NCBI GenBank assembly: GCA_937913075.1
Contig: CALEPU010000233.1
Coordinates: 1-37,421 of the forward strand
Origin: an uncultured Clostridia bacterium
Lineage (GTDB): Bacteria; Bacillota; Clostridia; Christensenellales; CAG-138
Reading direction: 5' to 3'
DNA length: 37,421 bases
The position numbers and the translations under genes are program-made. How positions within the stretch are numbered: position 1 is the first letter of the stretch; each line of letters opens with the position of its first letter. The notes below the pieces were generated by a model. It was given only the letters and a program-made list of their open reading frames with translations, was not told the DNA's origin and did no database searches. Shown piece after piece: positions 34,530 to 37,421 of the stretch.

Positions 34530-35393
34530 ATGGAAAAAGCTTTAGATTTCATCAGTTACGCCCTCATGAGGGCGAAGCCGGAGAGCGTGCCGGCCGGGGC
34601 TGTCCTTGCGATCCCGCTTGCACAGGTCGGCACGGCAGCCTCCGGCCCCTGGGAGTATCTTATGGGTACCACAGGGAAGATCGTAACGCAGGCGCTCCTC
34701 GATGAGCGCTTCAAGAACTACTACCAGAAGAACCATTGGAAGCGTGAGGACTACGACAAAGCTACAGCCGGTTGGGTGAAGGCCAAGAAAACCGTCTGCG
34801 ATTGTCAGGGGCTCCTCGACAGCTTCCTGAAGCTCGACGTCAACGCGCACTACTGCTATACATCATGGTGCTCCGATCGGGGCTCCATAGAGGAGATTGA
34901 CCGCCCCTACGTCATAGGTGAGGCCGTCTTCCGTGTATCCGATAACAGGATGGTGCACGTCGGTTGGATATGCGGTTTTCTGGGCTCTGAGCCGCTTGTC
35001 GTTGAGGCGAGGGGCATTCGTTACGGCGTTGTCGTGACAAAGCTCTCGGAGCGCGGCTGGACGCACAGGGGCCTCGTAACGAAGAAGCTCGACTATTCTC
35101 CGGAGGAGATCGTCGAGGAGGAAGTCACTTACTGCTTTGATCTGACGTCTCCCCGTCAGAACGGTACAGAGGTCATGGTGCTGCAGGAGATGCTTCGCGT
35201 CTGCGGATACACCGATGACGAGGGGAAGCTTCTCGATGTCGACGGCACATATGGCCCGAAGACCAATCAGGCGTTCAAGCGGTTCCTGGCGGCTCATGTA
35301 GTCACAGAGCCCGCCCCTGTCGAGACGCATACTGTCACGATAATAACATCACCGCTGACCGTAATCGTTGACGGAGAGGAGCTGCATACATGA
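34530..35393 (+). CDS. Putative endolysin: papain-fold (NlpC/P60-like) N-domain + PG_binding_1 C-domain
   Basis: VCDCQGLLDSF (candidate catalytic Cys) and HVGWI (His). C-terminal NGTEVMVLQEMLRVCGYTD...VDGTYGPKTNQAFKRFLA matches the peptidoglycan-binding repeat. Confidence 0.65.
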   Translation: MEKALDFISYALMRAKPESVPAGAVLAIPLAQVGTAASGPWEYLMGTTGKIVTQALLDERFKNYYQKNHWKREDYDKATAGWVKAKKTVCDCQGLLDSFLKLDVNAHYCYTSWCSDRGSIEEIDRPYVIGEAVFRVSDNRMVHVGWICGFLGSEPLVVEARGIRYGVVVTKLSERGWTHRGLVTKKLDYSPEEIVEEEVTYCFDLTSPRQNGTEVMVLQEMLRVCGYTDDEGKLLDVDGTYGPKTNQAFKRFLAAHVVTEPAPVETHTVTIITSPLTVIVDGEELHT

Positions 35394-35689
35394 GCGGCCT
35401 CGAAATTTTTCTCACCGCTTTATCGGTCGTGTCGACCGTCTGTGCGATCGCCTTCGGATATGCAGCCTTCAACCGGAACCGAAAGAAGGATACCTCGGAC
35501 GAAGGCAAAAACACCGGCGTTATGTTGACGGAGATCGGCTATATCAAGAGCAACACCGACAGCATCATGCGAAAGCAGGAAAAGCAGGACGAGCAGCACC
35601 TTCGGGTGGTGGAGCGTCTCTCTGCTGTTGAATCCTCGGCGAAACAAGCGCACCACCGCCTTGATCGCCTTGAACAGAAAGGAGAATGA
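35390..35689 (+). CDS. Lysis-associated membrane protein (N-terminal TM + coiled coil; BhlA/XhlA-like)
   Basis: ATGA overlap with the endolysin. EIFLTALSVVSTVCAIAFGYAAF is a TM segment, followed by a charged helical region. Confidence 0.5.
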   Translation: MSGLEIFLTALSVVSTVCAIAFGYAAFNRNRKKDTSDEGKNTGVMLTEIGYIKSNTDSIMRKQEKQDEQHLRVVERLSAVESSAKQAHHRLDRLEQKGE

Positions 35690-35690
35690 T

Positions 35691-36032
35691 ATGGAAATGC
35701 TGAAAGAATACTTCACCTGGAACGGTCTCACGACCTACGGCGGCCTCGTGCTCGCTGTCACGCTGATCACGCAGTTCATCAAAGGCGTCGGCTTCATAGA
35801 CAGGATCCCGACACGCTTCGTTTCCTACGTGATCTCTATCGTCGTAATGAACGCAGCGCTCATATTCACTGCGTCGTGGACGTGGAGCGGCTTTGCGCTC
35901 GCTTTCCTCAATGCAGTGATCGTTTCCCTTGCCTCAAACGGCACGCATGACGGGCTCGCAGATGAGTTCTGGTGGCGCGTTCATGATAAAATAGCGGCTG
36001 AAGAGGCTGAGGATGGCGGGGACGAAGTATAA
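35691..36032 (+). CDS. Putative holin
   Basis: GGAG RBS. Three hydrophobic segments (TTYGGLVLAVTLITQFI, FVSYVISIVVMNAALIF, GFALAFLNAVIVSLA) and an acidic C-terminus. Confidence 0.6.
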   Translation: MEMLKEYFTWNGLTTYGGLVLAVTLITQFIKGVGFIDRIPTRFVSYVISIVVMNAALIFTASWTWSGFALAFLNAVIVSLASNGTHDGLADEFWWRVHDKIAAEEAEDGGDEV

Positions 36033-36546
36033 CGTCACCTTTGTGGACAAGTCCGATGAGGTAAAGAAAACCCTCCTCGGACTGTCCAAGAGCGCACTTC
36101 GCGCTTCCGGAAAGGTGATACGTCAGTATCTCCGTCAGAATATTCCTCTCCGCACGAAGAACTTCAAGAATCACATCGGAACGTGGGTTATGGTGAACCG
36201 GGAGACCGGACAGCCGACGCTGCAGGTGGGCTTCTACGGCTGGCAGAAGGTCCGGTCGAAGAATAAGAAACCGTCTCACGCTTCGCCCTGGTGGATCGAG
36301 TTCGGAACGACGCCTCATGCTATGCCGAAAGAAGGCCGGAAGTTCATGAGATACGAGGATAACGTCTTCGGCTTCCACGTGAACCACCCCGGGCAACGGC
36401 CAACGAACGTCCTCCGGAACACCGTGCTGGATCACGTCGCCGACATCAGAGCCGCCCAGGAGCAATATCTTGTTGAAATCTCAAAGACAATCGACGAAGC
36501 GAAGCTCAAGACGGCAGGCTGGGAAGAAGTCGAGGACGACGATTAA
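36013..36546 (+). CDS. HK97 gp10-family (neck/tail component) protein, displaced to the prophage right end
   Basis: LSKSALRASGKVIRQYLRQNIP.RTKNFKNHI...WWIEFGTTPHAMP...NVLRNTV matches the gp10-family pattern (EFGT motif) as I recall it. Confidence 0.6.
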   Translation: MAGTKYNVTFVDKSDEVKKTLLGLSKSALRASGKVIRQYLRQNIPLRTKNFKNHIGTWVMVNRETGQPTLQVGFYGWQKVRSKNKKPSHASPWWIEFGTTPHAMPKEGRKFMRYEDNVFGFHVNHPGQRPTNVLRNTVLDHVADIRAAQEQYLVEISKTIDEAKLKTAGWEEVEDDD

Positions 36547-36559
36547 CACTATATTCTCA

Positions 36560-36578
36560 GGCAACTTTCAGGCAACTT
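36560..36578 (+). repeat. Direct repeat GGCAACTT x2 (candidate arm-type Int site, P arm)
   Basis: GGCAACTTTCAGGCAACTT lies in non-coding DNA 94 bp upstream of the attR core. It has the same orientation and 11-bp register as 7209-7229. Confidence 0.35.
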
Positions 36579-36672
36579 ATTTTTGTTCATTGCCGAATTT
36601 CAGCACAAATGAGCGAAGAAAAAACCCTTAATTTATATCGAAAAACGCCCATGAGCGGCTTGCTTTCAATAA

Positions 36673-36717
36673 TTCGGGACCAGGAGGTCGCGAGTTCAAA
36701 TCTCGCCGCTCCGACCA
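36673..36717 (+). repeat. attR core of prophage 1 = attL core of the next element (3' part of tRNA-Pro, no 5' part)
   Basis: Exact 45-bp copy of 7089-7133. The preceding sequence (TCAATAA) cannot form the tRNA 5' half. Confidence 0.88.
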
Positions 36718-36723
36718 TCAAAA

Positions 36724-36765
36724 AAGCCTTTGTTTTCAAAAGAAAACAGGGCTTTTTCTTTTTGC
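36724..36765 (+). terminator. Hairpin and T-run, homologue of the 7140-7178 terminator
   Basis: AAGCCTTTGTTTTC-aaaa-GAAAACAGGGCTT followed by TTTTCTTTTT. Confidence 0.6.
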
Positions 36766-36767
36766 CC

Positions 36768-37421
36768 TTACTCGAACATTGCCGTACTGCTTGGCAACTT
36801 TTTGGCAACTTTTATTTCTGGCGTCTCCTCCTTCTTTTTCTCCATAAACGCATATTTCACCGAATCGGCGCCCTTCAGAACCTTCCGTCTGCGCTCTATA
36901 TCCGTGTAGATCTTCAGAGTGGTGGTCGGGTCGGCGTGCCCCATAGCCTTTGAGGCCGTCAGCACATCCACCTCGGCGTCGTACAGGACCGTCGCAAAGT
37001 TATTCCGGAACGTGCGCGCGGTCACGTCCTCGGCGCCGATGAGCGCTCTGATAGCCTTCCAGCGCCTCTTATACGTCGCCTCCGGAAGCGCCTTCAGAGG
37101 ATCCGTCGGCGCGTGAACGACAAACTCCTCCGGCGTCCCCTTATTCTCTGCGAGGATCTCCCGCAGCTCCGGCACGATGGGTATATCCCTCTTCGCGCTC
37201 GGCGTTTTCAGCGTATCGAGGCTATTGGTTTTCCAATCATAGTCCCGGCGCACGTGTATGACGTCCTTCTTCAGATCAACCTCTTTCCATTGGAGCCCTA
37301 TCACCTCACCCCTTCTCATCCCGGTATAGAATAGGAGCGCCGTCAATAAGGGCTCTATTTTGCGTTCTGAGACGTTTTTCTTCAAGATGACCGTTTCCTC
37401 GTCCGTGAAGGCGCGATTATG
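36768..37421 (-). CDS. int: Tyrosine integrase, paralogue of int at 7184-8311 (C-terminal ~217 aa; N-terminus outside the window)
   Basis: The frame is open to the window edge (HNRAFTDEETVILKKNVSERKIEPLL...). By hand alignment it is about 85% identical to the first integrase over the visible part. Catalytic R, R..R, H and Y are conserved. Confidence 0.93.
   Translation of the reverse strand, partial: HNRAFTDEETVILKKNVSERKIEPLLTALLFYTGMRRGEVIGLQWKEVDLKKDVIHVRRDYDWKTNSLDTLKTPSAKRDIPIVPELREILAENKGTPEEFVVHAPTDPLKALPEATYKRRWKAIRALIGAEDVTARTFRNNFATVLYDAEVDVLTASKAMGHADPTTTLKIYTDIERRRKVLKGADSVKYAFMEKKKEETPEIKVAKKLPSSTAMFE
36793..36813 (+). repeat. Direct repeat GGCAACTT x2 (candidate arm-type site of element 2)
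   Basis: GGCAACTTTTTGGCAACTTTT lies 76 bp from the core, exactly as in prophage 1. Confidence 0.35.

Larger units (their letters stand above)
7089..36717. mobile_element. Integrated siphovirus-type prophage (~29.6 kb) in tRNA-Pro(CGG)
   Basis: Bounded by exact 45-bp direct repeats. The integrase sits next to attL. Complete lysogeny, replication, packaging, head, tail and lysis modules all lie on the plus strand, apart from int and cI. Confidence 0.9.
36673..37421. mobile_element. Left end of a second integrative element (prophage or satellite) in tandem; continues beyond the window
   Basis: The layout core - terminator - arm repeat - integrase matches the left end of prophage 1. Confidence 0.7.

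Noticed and set aside
1-37421. A search by eye for reverse transcriptase/DGR, retron, CRISPR-Cas, restriction-modification and transposase signatures.
   Set aside because: No YxDD RT motif, methyltransferase motif, DDE transposase or repeat-spacer array was seen in any credible ORF. The only clear accessory or defence-type cargo is hicAB.

Overview
This is a GC-rich, Firmicutes/Clostridia-like chromosomal segment, judged from a SigK-type sporulation sigma factor and tRNAs that encode their own CCA. Bases 1-7088 are host DNA. On the minus strand they carry a Bce-type peptide-antibiotic sensing and detoxification module: an OmpR-family response regulator, an intramembrane-sensing histidine kinase, an ABC ATPase, and an FtsX permease that runs off the left edge. 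They also carry an intact sigK-like gene, a DUF362/4Fe-4S protein, a zinc-ribbon membrane protein, and a tRNA-Thr(CGU)/tRNA-Pro(CGG) pair.

A complete-looking siphovirus-type prophage of about 29.6 kb lies between the anticodon loop of tRNA-Pro (7089) and an exact 45-bp repeat of the tRNA 3' part (36673-36717). Its modules, in order, are:
- Lysogeny: tyrosine integrase, CI/LexA-like S24 repressor, divergent switch region.
- Early genes: small HTH and unknown genes.
- Recombination/replication: SMC-like ATPase, Sak4-like AAA_24, DUF669, SF2 helicase, primase-helicase, RusA.
- Regulation and accessory: a late-regulator-like HTH protein and a self-promoted hicAB toxin-antitoxin moron.
- Packaging and head: HNH-TerS(P27)-TerL, then HK97-type portal, protease and capsid.
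- Tail: neck genes, major tail protein, G/GT chaperone with a -1 frameshift site, tape measure, Dit, Tal and small tail-tip genes.
- Lysis: a lysis cassette followed by a displaced HK97-gp10-family gene.

Directly after attR, a second closely related integrase with the same terminator and the same arm repeats begins and runs off the right edge. Two related elements therefore sit in tandem at one tRNA.

I found no rRNA, CRISPR array, reverse transcriptase or transposase. I also found no clear-cut novel multi-gene system. The best leads are:
- the tandem integration and the putative arm-type integrase sites;
- the displaced gp10-like gene next to attR;
- two structured non-coding regions (18704-18853 and 20420-20702);
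- a low-GC patch at the tail tip;
- an apparent chimeric junction in the permease gene at the left edge.
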